From: Balanoglossus misakiensis
Lineage: Eukaryota; Animalia; Hemichordata
NCBI GenBank assembly: GCA_040954595.2
Contig: CM082596.2
Coordinates: 9,320,461-9,384,460 of the forward strand
Length of the DNA: 64,000 nt
Direction of reading: 5' to 3'
The notes under the pieces were generated by a model. That model was not told the DNA's origin. It made no database searches and saw only the letters and a list, made by a program, of their open reading frames with translations. Each line of letters opens with the position of its first letter. Position 1 is the first letter of the stretch. Both the position numbers and the translations under genes were made by a program. Below, one piece after another: positions 1 through 12,176 of the stretch.

Positions 1-1315
1 ACGGAGACTTCCATCAGGACAGACTATTGAAAGAGATGACAAGATGATCTTCAAATCCGCATTCTACATGATTTGTTAGTTTTCGAATGATTCTTATTCA
101 GGAACATAACAAACAGTATATTATTATACAGTATACATGTATTATTATACTGCCAAGTAATGAAAACAAAAATGATATGGCAGTTATTGTGCTTGTTTCA
201 AATGTATAGAGGACAAAAATTACTCAGGCAATGTTTAATGACTGTGTTAATGCCAACGTATGTGATTATACTCTGCAGTACAATTTATTTTGTTTATGGT
301 AATAACACCAGAAGGTCAAAAATGTTATTATTTTACCTTCAACTGTTAGCATTTTAACCATTTCCTCAACAGGCTTTCTTTTAAACTCTGCTTTGGCCTC
401 CTTTTGCAAGGCCCAAATTGAGATTGGGCGACTCCTTCCAGTTGTTCCTAATGAATTGAACTCTCCATCTGTCACTAAACCTACAGGGTCAGGAAAAATA
501 TCATATAAGAAGAAGAAATTACTTATGGAGAATGGTTCCATTGTATGGAATAAACTGAAAGATTAGCTTGAGTTCGAGCAGTACATCCCAACACACAACC
601 CCAACCCTGAATCAAAGTTTAGAGTGTGTAATGTCTGCTCCAGCAAAATTTTATGGAATCAATTGTATGCACGACTGAGTTATTTTTTCAGCATACCACC
701 AACACAGTTCAATAAAAATATAGTTTTATCTAAATTAACTGAACTGTTGACTTACCAAGAACTTCAAGACCTTTGTCATGGAGAGCTTGTACAACCTTGT
801 CACATTCATCTCTCAATCTGACATCTGTCAACGATTTGTATGCAAACCACTTCACTGGCAGAGCATATGGCTTGAACTGGCGGAATTCATCAGACACCAT
901 CCAAACAAAGACATGGCTGGCAGGCACGCGACGTTTTCTCATGACTCCCTTTTGTAGCGTCACTAGAGTTTCTCTAATACTGGTTAAGCGTTGTGACAAG
1001 TCAGGAATCGTATGCAGGATGTTATCATCTATGTCACTGCAAACCATAGCTGCTCCAAGTATATCAATTTCACCATCACCAGTGATGTCTTTCAGGATGG
1101 ATTTAATATTCTGGAGAACTGCTTCACAACAATCCACTATGTGTGAAAATTCTACCATATCCCACTGGATAGTATGGAAAGCCATGACTGTCTTATGATG
1201 TGTGACAACTTTATGTGGTGAGGTTATCATCCTGTTCTTCATTCCTGTCACAATATGTAACCTCTTCTTCATCAGAATCAAAAGGTGCTGTGCAGGTCAT
1301 CATGTGTTCACGTAA

Positions 1316-2054
1316 TTAACAAATATCATATTCATTTAAACAGCCCATACACATCTGGGTTATTGGATCTTCATCAGTCTCTGGATTGATCGGTTTAGTA
1401 GACAAGTTTTTCTGCACAGGTCTTATGTATATCTTACTCTGAGCCCCTAAATTAGCTTTCAAATCAGGAACTGACCAACTGCATGTGATTACCTTTAGTT
1501 TCTTAGCATGAGCACAATATAGCAGTTCTACACCCCCACAATCACGTATTTGTGGAAATCCAGCATCAGACATCAAAGTATCCATCAAGTCTCTGCTATT
1601 ACATTCGTTGTCAAAAGTTAGCCGTTTCAGTCCAAGTCCAGCACGAGTTAGTATCTGCTTGATTTCAGACGATGGGACGCTACTGGTGTTACGATCAGCA
1701 AGACAAACTGTCCAGTCCATGTCCGCTTACATTTCTTTGCACGACTTCTTCGGCCATAACTGTGTTCTCCTCTGTTTTGATTAGGCGTAAACAAAAGTGA
1801 CCGCTCCCTTTGTACGTGACTTGAACTTGCAGTGCCACTAGTGCTGGCGACGCCAGCTTGGTCACTTCGAGAAAACTCACTTGATGTGTGGGGTCTGCAT
1901 AAATCCCTCAGTCTAGAACGATCACCTACTTTGGTAACTCCCAATCGAGCCATTCTTCATTGGTTAAGGACAATACTGCTGTAATATCGATTCTTTCCTC
2001 CTGAAATCTTGGGAGGAGTCGTATGAGCCCCGCTCTCCTCAGCAAGTCCTCCAT
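1316..2054 (-). pseudogene. 5' remnant of the element's accessory gene: SAM-like N-terminus plus the domain usually found upstream of HECT in G2E3-like transposon proteins
   Basis: Frameshifted pieces MEDLLRRAGLIRLLPRFQEERIDITAVLSLT / MARLGVTKVGDRSRLRDLC / CLADRNTSSVPS..AGLGLKRLTF..FPQIRDCGGVELL..KIYIRPVQKNL. No HECT domain is present here. Confidence 0.55.
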
Positions 2055-2159
2055 TTTGACTTTTATCAATAGAAAAAGAGCGCCCTCCGTAACAGCGCCC
2101 TCGTCACATCATAAAGAAGTAACATCACATCATAAAGAAGTAACATCACATCATAATGG

Positions 2160-2445
2160 CATGTCCTCATCACGTAAAGCAATAACCTCCCCACGTCGTT
2201 GCATGTCCTCATCACGTCAAGAAATAACCTCACCACGTCGTTGCATTTCCCCATCACGTCAAGAAATAACCTCCCCACGTCGTTACATGTCCCCATCACG
2301 TCAAGAAATAACCTCCCCACGTCGTTGCATGTCCCCATCACGTCAAGAAATAACCTCCCCACGTCGTTGCATGTCCTCATCACGTAAAGCAATAACCTCC
2401 CCACATCGTTGCATTTCCCCATCACGTCAAGTAATAACCTCACCA
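2160..2445 (+). repeat. 39-bp subterminal tandem repeat (~7 copies) of the IS3EU-type element
   Basis: Unit AATAACCTCCCCACGTCGTTGCATGTCCCCATCACGTCAAG-like, grading into the right TIR. It explains the repetitive ORFs 2023..2580 and 2066..2446. Confidence 0.9.
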
Positions 2446-4994
2446 CATAAAGTTGTCACACATCATAAGACAGTCATGGCTTTCCATAGTATAGCTCTTA
2501 TTTTGGTCTCATTCTTAATTTTGCCGCTGGTGATTTTCTCATTTTCTTTCTTTGATGCACTCACGCCTATCAAAATATAAAATAGGAAGTGATTTTATTG
2601 TGAAATTATAAAAATGTGGTTTGGTAATGAAAAAATACATAGATACAAATAGTTACAATTAAAAATGCAAAAAAGCATTTTTTTTAAGTCTTAACTATCA
2701 CTGCACCAACCTTTCTTGGCAAACAGTAGGTCATTTTCAATATCATGCTTCAAATTGAGAAGATCTTCTACGATAGCCTTCACATTTCGCCTTGTTCCAA
2801 GGCCGGTCTTTTTAATGGTCTGTATGCGGTCCAGATATTCTCTGTGTGTTTTCTGTACTGTTCCGTCGCCCATATCTACATCCCCATTCCATTCTAATGT
2901 TCTCGACTCAAAAAGTCCTTTATTTACATCTGTTGCATCCCCCTTCAACCACACTCTCTGAGTGGGCATGTTTTCCTTCATGTCTGATAAGACTTTATCC
3001 TGAAAAAAACAATGCTAGAAATTAAGAGGCAGTAATAGAGATGTATACAGAAAAAAAACCATCAGAATCAGAGAACAATATACAAGTCTATTGCTATCAT
3101 TACAAATTTGTCTATTGTAGACGTCGCCTGTACAGACACCGGATCACCTTATTTGTGTATTGGCGTGACATTTCTACATCAAATAGCAACCGTTCTAAAA
3201 CAACTATTAAATCTGTCCTGTAATTAGATAATATCTTTTTTTCACACGTTTTTATCAAACTGTTCTTCTGTTACAAATGAAAACAGGTGTACGTAGAATT
3301 GACATACCTGAAATTATGGTCCACTAATAAATCCACTGCCTTGCATGTCCCTGTTGAGGGTTGACCTACTGACTGTTGGAATATTCACTTTTGCCTAAAA
3401 CAAAAATAAACGGGTATATACCAGTGGGAAAATGAAAGGCAGCACACTCAACGAATGAATTAGTCTTTTTGGGTTGTTTTACTAAGTATCGTACAAATTA
3501 TCAACCATATCAAGAACTAGCAGTTCAAGTTTCTGTTATTTAACAATATCTTAAGGATATACGTGCAGAACATACGGATTTTCATTATACATACAAAAGT
3601 TAATTCAAAAATCAACAATTAAAAGAAATGACAATACTTTCAATTGTACTGAACGTACATCCTAAAGTATTTCACTTTACCTTCATTGGATCACGTGTGA
3701 TAGGTGTGCAATCTCCTGCTTTAAACATTGGCCCAGTAAACAAGTTAAAGCCCTTTCCCCCAAGTTCATCATAAATTGATTGGGTGAACTTCCGGAGATC
3801 CGGTGGGCAGGTGATCTGTAAATCGATAGGTGTATTCACAATCTGAACATATTTTAATGAGGTTATTGTGATGTATGTATTACACTTTTATATAAATGTG
3901 TTCTAGTTTTCTGATCACATTTGTCAAATAAAATCATAGACACCTGGTATAGTACAACAAAGTAGATTTCCAAATATACGACTGCATGTGATTGCTGATG
4001 AATTGCGATAAATTAACAAACATCAATTTTTTTGTTGGCAAATACCTGATTTGTATGTGATGCAATGAAGAACTGCAGAGAGTACTCCAAAACCCCATAT
4101 GGCATCCTGTCGGTTGGGAATCGAGAATCACTCCCACCAGTCCTCATTGTACCAAAACCTCTAGCAGCTAGATAAATCAGATTTGGTTTATGTTTATCTT
4201 GTTGATGTGCCATGGCCTGCAATGCCAGTTGAAGAAAATCAGTGGGACAGTCTAGCTCCACATGTTCCACAATTTGCTTGAATGCCACATCCATAACGGC
4301 CATCAAGCATGCTGGTTCTAATGTCTGAAGGGATGTTATGATGTCTGACAGTGTTGATGACATGTTTTCATCATGATCCACATCATCCTGTAAGACCTCT
4401 ATACCATAGTGATCTTCTGCAACATGAAGTTTTTGAAACTTCTCTCTCAAATGTACTGCTTTCCGCTGACAAGATTTCCCTGCAAAACATGACAAAGTTT
4501 GATTTTTCCTGAAATACAAATTACTGGTAATATAAAAAGTTTTATTTTGAAGATAAAGGAACATTACCATATTTTATGGCGGTGCTTTTTAAAAGTGTAA
4601 CATGTCTGAAAGCAATTCCAAGTTACGTACTTTTAAAGTACAAAATGTACCAATGCCCAACCCTTAATTAATAAGTCCAGATATATGATTCATAATTCTA
4701 GGGAATTTACATGTTCCCTTTTTCAAAGCGAAAACCATTTCATTTCAATTTCACAACCATGCATGCACCACTCCATTTCCAGATATGCATCTAAGGAAAT
4801 TAAATTATATACTTACACCCTCTCTCAGGACTATCAAATCCACTCTTCTCCCAGATGTATTTTGACATGTTCTTCCAAAAATCTGCAGGAAGTCCCTCGG
4901 CCCAATCACCCTCAGTATGATTTGTCATATATTCTACCAGAAGTTTTTCTTCTGTTCGAGTCCATGTCTATTATAAAAAAATTTACAAGAAATA

Positions 4995-5201
4995 CTGCAA
5001 AACGGGTAATTTTCGCGACAGGAATTTTTCGGAATATCAAAACAGGCAACTGTTACGCGAGGATTAATTTTCATGTTCTCGTATTTCACTGCATCGTTAT
5101 ATCCGGGGGAAAAAAATATTTTACGCGACTTTTTATTTTCACGTTGTTTTGGCTCTCGCGTATTTAGCGAATATTGCTCGCGAAAATAACCCGTTTTACA
5201 G
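4995..5201. mobile_element. TA-flanked MITE (Tc1/mariner-type termini) in an intron
   Basis: TA|CTGCAAAACGGGTAATTTTCGCG ... CGCGAAAATAACCCGTTTTACAG|TA. A related inverted copy lies at 53276-54124. Confidence 0.75.
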
Positions 5202-6211
5202 TATGTAACACCTATCAGGTAGCATATGTTTGATTATGACATTAACAATGCGTGCAATGGGCTGCCCTAAAATTTCGCCGAGATTATGCTGATAAACACC
5301 AGCAACAGTCGCGTGACGTGAGATATGATGGGTACACCATTAGTTACATGTTGTCAAGTTCAATGGGCGGTGCTGCGAGCTAGGTACCGCAACACGAAAA
5401 TAAAAGGTCTATTCTCCATGTCTCACTCACCTTGCCACGACCAGTGATTCCCAAAACTTTCCTCGACTTTTCCTTCTGTCCGAGACTCTTTCCATCAGGA
5501 GAGCTCCGTAAATCTTTCCTCTTACTCATTTTGGTATCTGTCCAGCGTCCCCGGAGCTCGCGATCACACAGACCCAATGTTTACGTCTGACGTCATAATC
5601 ACCTGATTTTGACACGGGCTCACGAGACGTAGTACGTTACGTTGCCGATATTGCATATTAATTAGGTAACTTTGAACATCAGGGGCGGCTAAACAAGGGT
5701 GGAGCAATCTGGAGCAATCATTCTAGACGGAAGTGTGACAACTTATCTACAACATATTTGAGTATTGAGACTTGCGGTGTTAAAATAAATTAGAAAACCG
5801 CGTGTTGTTAACATCTCATCACAGTCGTACCACGAATTCGGCCGATCCGAAAAAGAGGGGTAGCGGGCAAACAGCTCTAAAATTTCGTGATGGTTGTGTC
5901 CCCAACTACTTGAAAATGAAAGTTGGTAGGAAATTCAAAATAAAAAGCGGGGAATCAGAAAAAAAAATCGAGATGTTTATTACTCATGAATTATTCATAT
6001 TATGCAAATAAGTCTATTCTTTCAGCCAATCGCGGCGTGCACAACCCCCCCTGGTCGCAGCCTAGTCTGGTCCCCTGCCCCATCCCCGCCGCTGGCTGCA
6101 CTGCTCAAGGTAAGGGTCAGGTACGGGCCGCCATTTTGGTCAGGATCCTGACCAAAATGGCAGACTGTCACATCACTTCAACTGTTCAGTGACGTCACAT
6201 GATACACCAAA

Positions 6212-6350
6212 ATGGCTGCGACCGAAACAACACCAGTAAAGATCAACGCAAGTACATGTGTTGCTTGTGGGGAAGGTGAGCAGCGGTTAAAGAAAATTTA
6301 CGGCAACAATCGACTACAAATGTTGATCTTCAAATATGGGGACATATTTG
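6212..6350 (+). pseudogene. Probable 5' stub of the AcademH transposase gene
   Basis: ATG ~150 bp inside the left TIR, MAATETTPVKINASTCVACGE (CxxC), convergent with the helicase and cut at the deletion junction. Confidence 0.45.
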
Positions 6351-7069
6351 ACATATATGTACGGTATGGTTACCACCCGAGTTTGGAGGTCTCTTTCTGA
6401 CAATTAATTTGATATTTCTTCTGTCAATGTTTGAAGACACAATTGTCGGGTTTTTCAACAGCAGTAGTTCACTGATTTCTGCCCGTGTCTCAATCGTAGA
6501 AGTAGCTGTCATCGCCAAAACTTTTGCATTATTAAATATTGCCCGGAGGTTTTTTAAATGTTTGAAATCAGGGCGAAAGTCAGTACCCCATTGCACAACA
6601 CAATGTGCCTCATCGATCACTATGTGGGTAACCTTCTTCTGCCACACTGGTCTTCTAAAAACTTCAAACGCTTCTGGCTGCAGAATATGTTCTGGGTGTG
6701 AGAAAACGTAGGTAAAGTCGCCATCTAGAAAGCATTTTTTCACAGTACTCCCGAAAGAAAAATTACGGTCGATCTTCACGGCTTCAACACCCAACTTGCT
6801 GCATTGTTCCTCGATGATTGCGTTTGGTGGAGTTATTATAACGACAGCAGCAGTCTCCGGTGGGAATAGAATCGGCAGTGATTCAAATATCACTGACTTT
6901 CCATATCCTGTTGGCAACAGCGCGATACAGTCTCCTTTCAAGCACACTGCCAAACAGTCCACCTTTTCGGTTTTAAAAAAGTGAAAGCAGAGCCGCGTCA
7001 ACGGTTAATACAAGACAGTGCATATTTTGTGCGAATAACAAAGTCGAGCGTTTCTTTGAACGACGCCAT
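6350..7069 (-). pseudogene. RecQ-family DEAH helicase, N-terminal half (intronless, truncated)
   Basis: Motif I LPTGYGKS, motif II IDEAHCVVQWGTDFRPDF, motif III AMTATS. The probable ATG at 7069 is out of frame, and the helicase C-terminal domain is deleted. Confidence 0.9.
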
Positions 7070-7774
7070 TGTTTGTCGTCTGAAAACTTTATTGACAAAT
7101 CAGCACGCTCGATATTAATGTCCAATCACAGCCTTTACCTGACCCCTTTCGTGAGTGTAGCGCCAGCAGCGGGAGAAAGGGGGCAGGGTACCAGACTAGG
7201 TCGCAGCCATAACTTTTCTATACATATTCATGAGTAAACAGTGTCGTCCGCGATTCCGGGGTCAGATTTAAAATGTCGTAAACCAGAAGAATTGACCATA
7301 ACAGAGCTGAAGAGATCAGCCCGAACGCAGGTCAGCCATTTGACCGTTAATTGCCCAGTTTTTTAGTTCTGGTGACGCCCTCAACGTTCTGTCGTACACA
7401 CAGCCAGAAGTGGCATGCGAAAGTCCCGCGCTTTTTTTAATGCCAAATTAACAAGCAGGGACGGCAGTTGAATGACTCAAACTGATAAAATGGCCAAAAT
7501 TATATCTAAACTACATATCTGTATGTTTTTTGTTGGTAAAAAACACGTTTTCTTTGCAAAAATGAGCGAATTACGGAGTGACCCCAGAACAACTAAAATC
7601 AAAACACGCCGCACTTCCGGGTTTTTACGAACTGCCGCACTTTTATATAAAAATGAATTTTTAAATTTAAACATCATTTTCAGTGAATTCGATATATCTT
7701 GTAATAAAATTTAAAAAATCATGATGCAACCCCCAGAGGTATTCCCTCAAGAGCTCCTTAAACTCAGCCCGTAT

Positions 7775-8399
7775 TGTGACGCAACAGCCTCAGAGTAGCT
7801 CATAGAATTGCACGTACTTGGCCGAGTTGTATCGCCGAACTGTTGCTCAGCAGAGTCTGCAATCATCAAATTTTCGTTGTGTCGAAATTGGCTAGCATGA
7901 TCGCTGTATTTCAGCGTATAAATCTTGTACTGTCTCCCCTTGCTCTCTCCCCGTTCTGAACAGTTTGTGGAGAGTGGAAGGCCAAAGTCACAGGGGGCCT
8001 AGTTGAGGATTTCATTCGTAGTCGTACAGCTCGTAGTGCCTATATCGTGGACGCGGTCAGTCTATGTATCAGAATAGACAAATTACAAAAGCTTGTTCTC
8101 AATAAACATAACTTCAGTCATTTCTTTTCTTTTGACACTGTGCTCAAGTCTTCAAACTATGAATCACTGTGGCAATCAAGATGAACCGTGGACATACGTG
8201 CATGTACACAGTGCCCGTAGCTCTGCGTGGCAGCCTGGGCTTTGTGTGTACGTCTGCGGTGATAAGACACGCAGCCCAGCCAAGCAGAGCTAACAGTGCC
8301 CGTAGCACTCGACCGTAGCATCGGCAATAATGCACTGAAAATTGACATTGCAAATCGTAGGAATATATCTGTAGGAACAGAGTCATATACAGTTTTACA
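7775..8399 (+). mobile_element. Possible solo LTR
   Basis: TGTGA...TTACA termini, flanks GTAT/GTAA, internal AATAAA at 8101. It interrupts a region whose two sides share the GCCGCACTTTT-ATAAAA motif. Confidence 0.4.
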
Positions 8400-8544
8400 G
8401 TAATTTAATGTTTTATTATATCCAAGAAAGTGTGGCTCGTTCCATGGTCACCAGACAAAACAAATCGCGCAGTTCACTTCACATCGTGTACACTGGCTGC
8501 GCCTGCACGAAACGCGGAAGTCGAGCCGCGTCACGTAAAGTGCA

Positions 8545-8905
8545 AGGTTCACAAGAAAGCGCCGCACTTTTTTATAAAACGTCTGAAACACTTCAAATTT
8601 TGCCTAGCGTTAGATTGATAAATAACCTAACTCGCGATGTAAAAATTGTCGGGCAACCTTAAATATTTCTTAAAAGACGGATAGGTGAACTTGAGAAATG
8701 TCACAATAACTCGCGTTCACCGGAAAATGAAGGGTTCACGAGAAAGTGCAGCACTTTTATATAAAACGTCCGAAACACTTCAAATTTAACACAGCTTTAG
8801 ACTGATAAATTACCTAACTTGCGGTGTAAAGATTATTGTGCAACCTCCAATATTTCTTGAGATACGGGTCGGTAAACTTGAAAAACATCGCAATACCTCC
8901 GTTTT
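8545..8905 (+). repeat. Diverged ~186-bp tandem duplication
   Basis: GGTTCAC.AGAAAG.GC.GCACTTTT.TATAAAACGTC.GAAACACTTCAAATTT repeated at about 8547 and 8733. Confidence 0.75.
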
Positions 8906-9134
8906 TCATTCACGGTCGATCGTGGGAAAAAACGTCTACAACCCAATCCCACCATGCTTAAGGCGCGATAATCTGCCAACATATCCGTACGATTCTAGTT
9001 TTATCGATACTGTTGTCATTTCAAGGTAAAGACTCTCCAATCGGACAAAATCGCCCGTGTTTTCTGAAGGTTAGCGCAACAACAAAAATAAGCTACCATT
9101 TTGAAAATAGTCACGTGACTTTTTCCAATAAACG

Positions 9135-11690
9135 CCCTCATCGTTGGGTGGTTGCGTTCGGGCTGAGATGGCTGAGATGCAGAAAGGGTGCCAGTCTACG
9201 TGGAAACAAGCGAGAACTTGTTGAAAGGTAACGAAAATTTTATAATTTTTAGCGAGTTTTTGTAATGCTGCCTGCTACCACCGACAGCCAATGCTATCGC
9301 CGATAGCAAAGCTGCACAAGATTTCATTTCACACATGTGAAGTTCGCCGCCCCACCCCGATTTGTGCAAAAAATAAACTGAGCAACCTGTTGTTAGCGTG
9401 AATACTGCCAACTCGCTTGGCAGCCGAAATTATACTAGTAATTTTCTTTATGGAGGGATCGTGTTTGACTGCATGCTTAGTACAGATCGACGATCGGCCC
9501 GGGTTACATCAGGCCCGGTACCCTTACCGTGCGTGACGATGTTACGCACGACATACTGGCAGGCTGTCTGGTATACTTTCGCCCAGTGTAGAGCTACAGC
9601 TTGTATAGTTTAGAGCCAAAGTTGATGTAGATTGTCAGTTTGTTAGAAAGGATTAGATAATGGGCCGTTGATGTACATGTAGTACAATGTATACAGCAGC
9701 TACATATTTACAACATTGTATGTATGCAGGTCATGTTGGGTCATCAAGTTTGAATAGATTCGTGTACATGTACTTGAATAACTAACTAACTAAAACAATC
9801 AAAATTTTGTTTCTATCACGAAAGAATTTAGAATATATTAAAGTCTCAAAAACTTGTACCGGTATACTTCATTGACATACCATTCATCTATTTTTTTTCT
9901 AATGTAAACATTGGGAAAATGGAGTTATTTCTTTGATTAATTGATTTTGTTTTGGTAAAGTGCAGTACTTTACTCACGCTAGAGCAGTATTAACATTCTT
10001 TTAAATATTTTTCGTATCATAGAGTGCATTTATACATCGGTCATGGATGGGACAAGCAGTACTTGGTTGATCCTGATGAAACTGGTAATCGTGGTGAAGG
10101 GTGCCAAGTTCAAGTGTCTGTCAACACTGTGGAGTCAATGCTGACATATCCTCCAGCAGGAGTATGGACAAGGAACATAAGTAATCTGCCCGATTTAACT
10201 GATAGCACCATTTTTGATTATTTCATCACAAAGTGCGACAACTGCCACAGTACTGCTCGAAAACACAGGGATAGTGGTTGGAACTTTTACAAAAGTAACC
10301 ATGTCAAGAACATTTTAATTCATAATCGCGAGCATCAGTCAGTGTTATTTATTAAATCAATGGTTGTCAAGTCATATTCCAAGACTGTTGATCCAGTACC
10401 CCTCAAAAACAGTACTCCACCCTAGTTTTCCTCGATCAGAACACAGGTAAAATACTTGGAGGTAAATGTGTGTGTAAAGCGGGTGCTGGTGGATACTGCA
10501 AACACATAGCTGCCACCATTTTTGCCATAATGGATTTTCATAGATGTGGACTGAAGGAGGTACCAGATACAGCTGCATGCACTGAGAAATTACAAGTTCA
10601 TCACCATCCAAGCGTATATGGAAACACAGCTGTCAAGTTTGACTCAATTGACTGGATTAAGTATGACTATGAACGTGACTGTAATTCAGATAAAGTATAT
10701 CGTCCTCGAAAAAGAAAAAGTGAATATAATGCATGTCCAACAAAAGATACAATTGTTACAAAAGAAAAGGTAACACAACTTGCTGACTTCCTGAGTGCTT
10801 GTGGTCAGTCTACTCAACTTGTTGAGCTACTGTATTCCAATGATTGGGAGCCTGCTATTAACAACACTGTACCATGTCAAATTACTGAAGCTTTACGAAA
10901 TAATGTAGACGTAACTTCTGATGAGTTTTGCAATGTACAACCCAGTCAGAGCAGTCATACTGGAAAACTTGTTTACAATATTAATGAGGATATATATGAT
11001 TTTTATGAATCTAAGGTTAATGTTTAGAGTGTTGCAGAGTCAAGCAGAATAGAGATGTCCACTCAGGGCCAATACAGAAATCCAAATTGGTACTCACAAC
11101 GTGAATTGAGAATCACGGCGAGCAAGTTTAAAGCTTGTCTGCAGGCAAAAGTACCCCCCTGACACTTTGGTTGAAAACATTATTTCACCAAAGAAATTTT
11201 CAAATAAGCACACCAAATGGGGCATTAAAAGTGAACACATTGCTGTAGCACAGTATATCCAAGATCTGGAAAGAAAGGGCTACTCAGTTACATCAAGAGA
11301 CATGGGTTTAGTTGTCAACCCAAGTTTTCCTTTCTTAGGTGCTTCCTTGGATAAATTTGTTGCTATTAAGTTGATGGGTGTTGATACCAATGCTCAATAT
11401 GGTTGTGTAGAGGTTAAATCTCTCTCTAAATATGCAAAGCATACACCAGTGGAAGCTTCCGGAATGCCTGATACTTTTTTCCATTTTGTAGATAGTAAGC
11501 TTAGATTACAAAGAAATCACAGATACAAGGGCAGTTGTTTGTTTGTGGGCTTGAGTGGTGTGATTTAGTTGTTTGGTCACCGAGTGGTTTTGCTGTTGAG
11601 AGAATTTTTAAAGATAAACTTTTGTGGAGCAAAATGTTACCAGCCCTGGGGGAATTTTATTTTACCTATGTTTTGCCAGAATTGACCAGA
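9135..11690 (+). pseudogene. ISL2EU ORF2: SAP + SWIM Zn finger + YqaJ/lambda-exonuclease-like domain
   Basis: Exon ending 9227 (LRWLRCRKGASLRGNKRELVER|GT) splices in phase to 10023. Motifs: C(V)CKAGAGGYCKHIAA (SWIM), QG..NPNWYSQRELRITAS, WGIKSE, GLVVNPSFPFLGASLD, VEVK. Several frameshifts and stops. Confidence 0.85.
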
Positions 11691-12176
11691 AGGGACTCCA
11701 GCAAATAAATATTGAAAAGTGGCACATTCACTATCTGTCACAGTCTGTTATCAATTTTGAACATGTTCTACAAGCTGAATTGAGTATTTCTCTGCAGGTG
11801 ACAAAAACAATATGCACAACAAATGTCTGGCAACCAGTGTAATTTAATGTAAATATTTTGAGTGTTAAGTAAATACTTTTTAAAACATAAATATACATTA
11901 TGACAGTAATATATTCATCCTATATTTTAATTACAATAAATTTATATTAATACAATTTTAAAATTTGTAATATATAATTTTTAAAATTGTATTAATTGTA
12001 CATTCAATTTCAAATATACATGTATGTAATAATATACACAATATAAATTAAGGAATAAATATTTCAACATATACATATATAAATTTGTTGTACTGTACAT
12101 ATTTATCTCTTATAGGCAAATTTGAATGCAGATGTAAATATAACCCCATTACTATGAAGTGATGAATGCTGACAAT

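Larger units (their letters stand above)
1173..2488 (-). mobile_element. Non-autonomous, internally deleted IS3EU-type DNA transposon
   Basis: About 55-bp TIRs (TATGGAAAGCCATGACTGTCTTATGATGTGTGACAACTTTATGTGGTGAGGTTAT at 1173; reverse complement ending 2488). TAY termini and a 6-bp TSD with one mismatch (GGATAG 1167-1172 / GTATAG 2489-2494). Removing it restores the host reading frame (..KIRA-IQWDMVEF..). Confidence 0.75.
336..5529 (-). pseudogene. Multi-exon divergent P-element-like DDE transposase with Myb/SANT-like N-terminus (disrupted; C-terminal part not seen)
   Basis: GT-AG exons at approx. 5529-5431, 4968-4817 (WTRTEEKLLVEY..W..FW, Myb-like), 4480-4046, 3843-3681, 3395-3309, 3000-2711 (VWLKGDATD..WNGDVDMGDG), 2567-2495 joined to 1172-756 (ASHVFVWMV..YALPVKWF..VVQALHDKGLEVLG) and 481-336 (GLVTDGEFNSL). 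Motif order resembles the P/THAP9 RNase-H core. It has an in-frame stop near 3315, a probable frameshift and a TE insertion. Confidence 0.6.
6063..7198. mobile_element. Internally deleted AcademH-type DNA transposon
   Basis: TIR TAGTCTGGT(C/A)CCCTGCCCC at both ends; perfect 10-bp TSD GGTCGCAGCC (6053-6062, 7199-7208); carries a RecQ helicase remnant. AcademH is known to encode a RecQ-like helicase and make 9-10 bp TSDs. Confidence 0.9.

Noticed and set aside
2023-2580. Protamine-like SPRR-repeat ORF
   Set aside because: It is the translation of the 39-bp subterminal repeat and TIR of the IS3EU-type element, running across the insertion junction.
5590-5720. Candidate terminus of the P-like element (CACCTG near 5600, or CAGGGGCGG at 5680)
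   Set aside because: The partner end is outside the window, so no TIR or TSD can be verified.
6330-7001. Host RecQ/BLM/WRN gene
   Set aside because: It is truncated and enclosed by TIRs with a 10-bp TSD, so it is transposon-borne.
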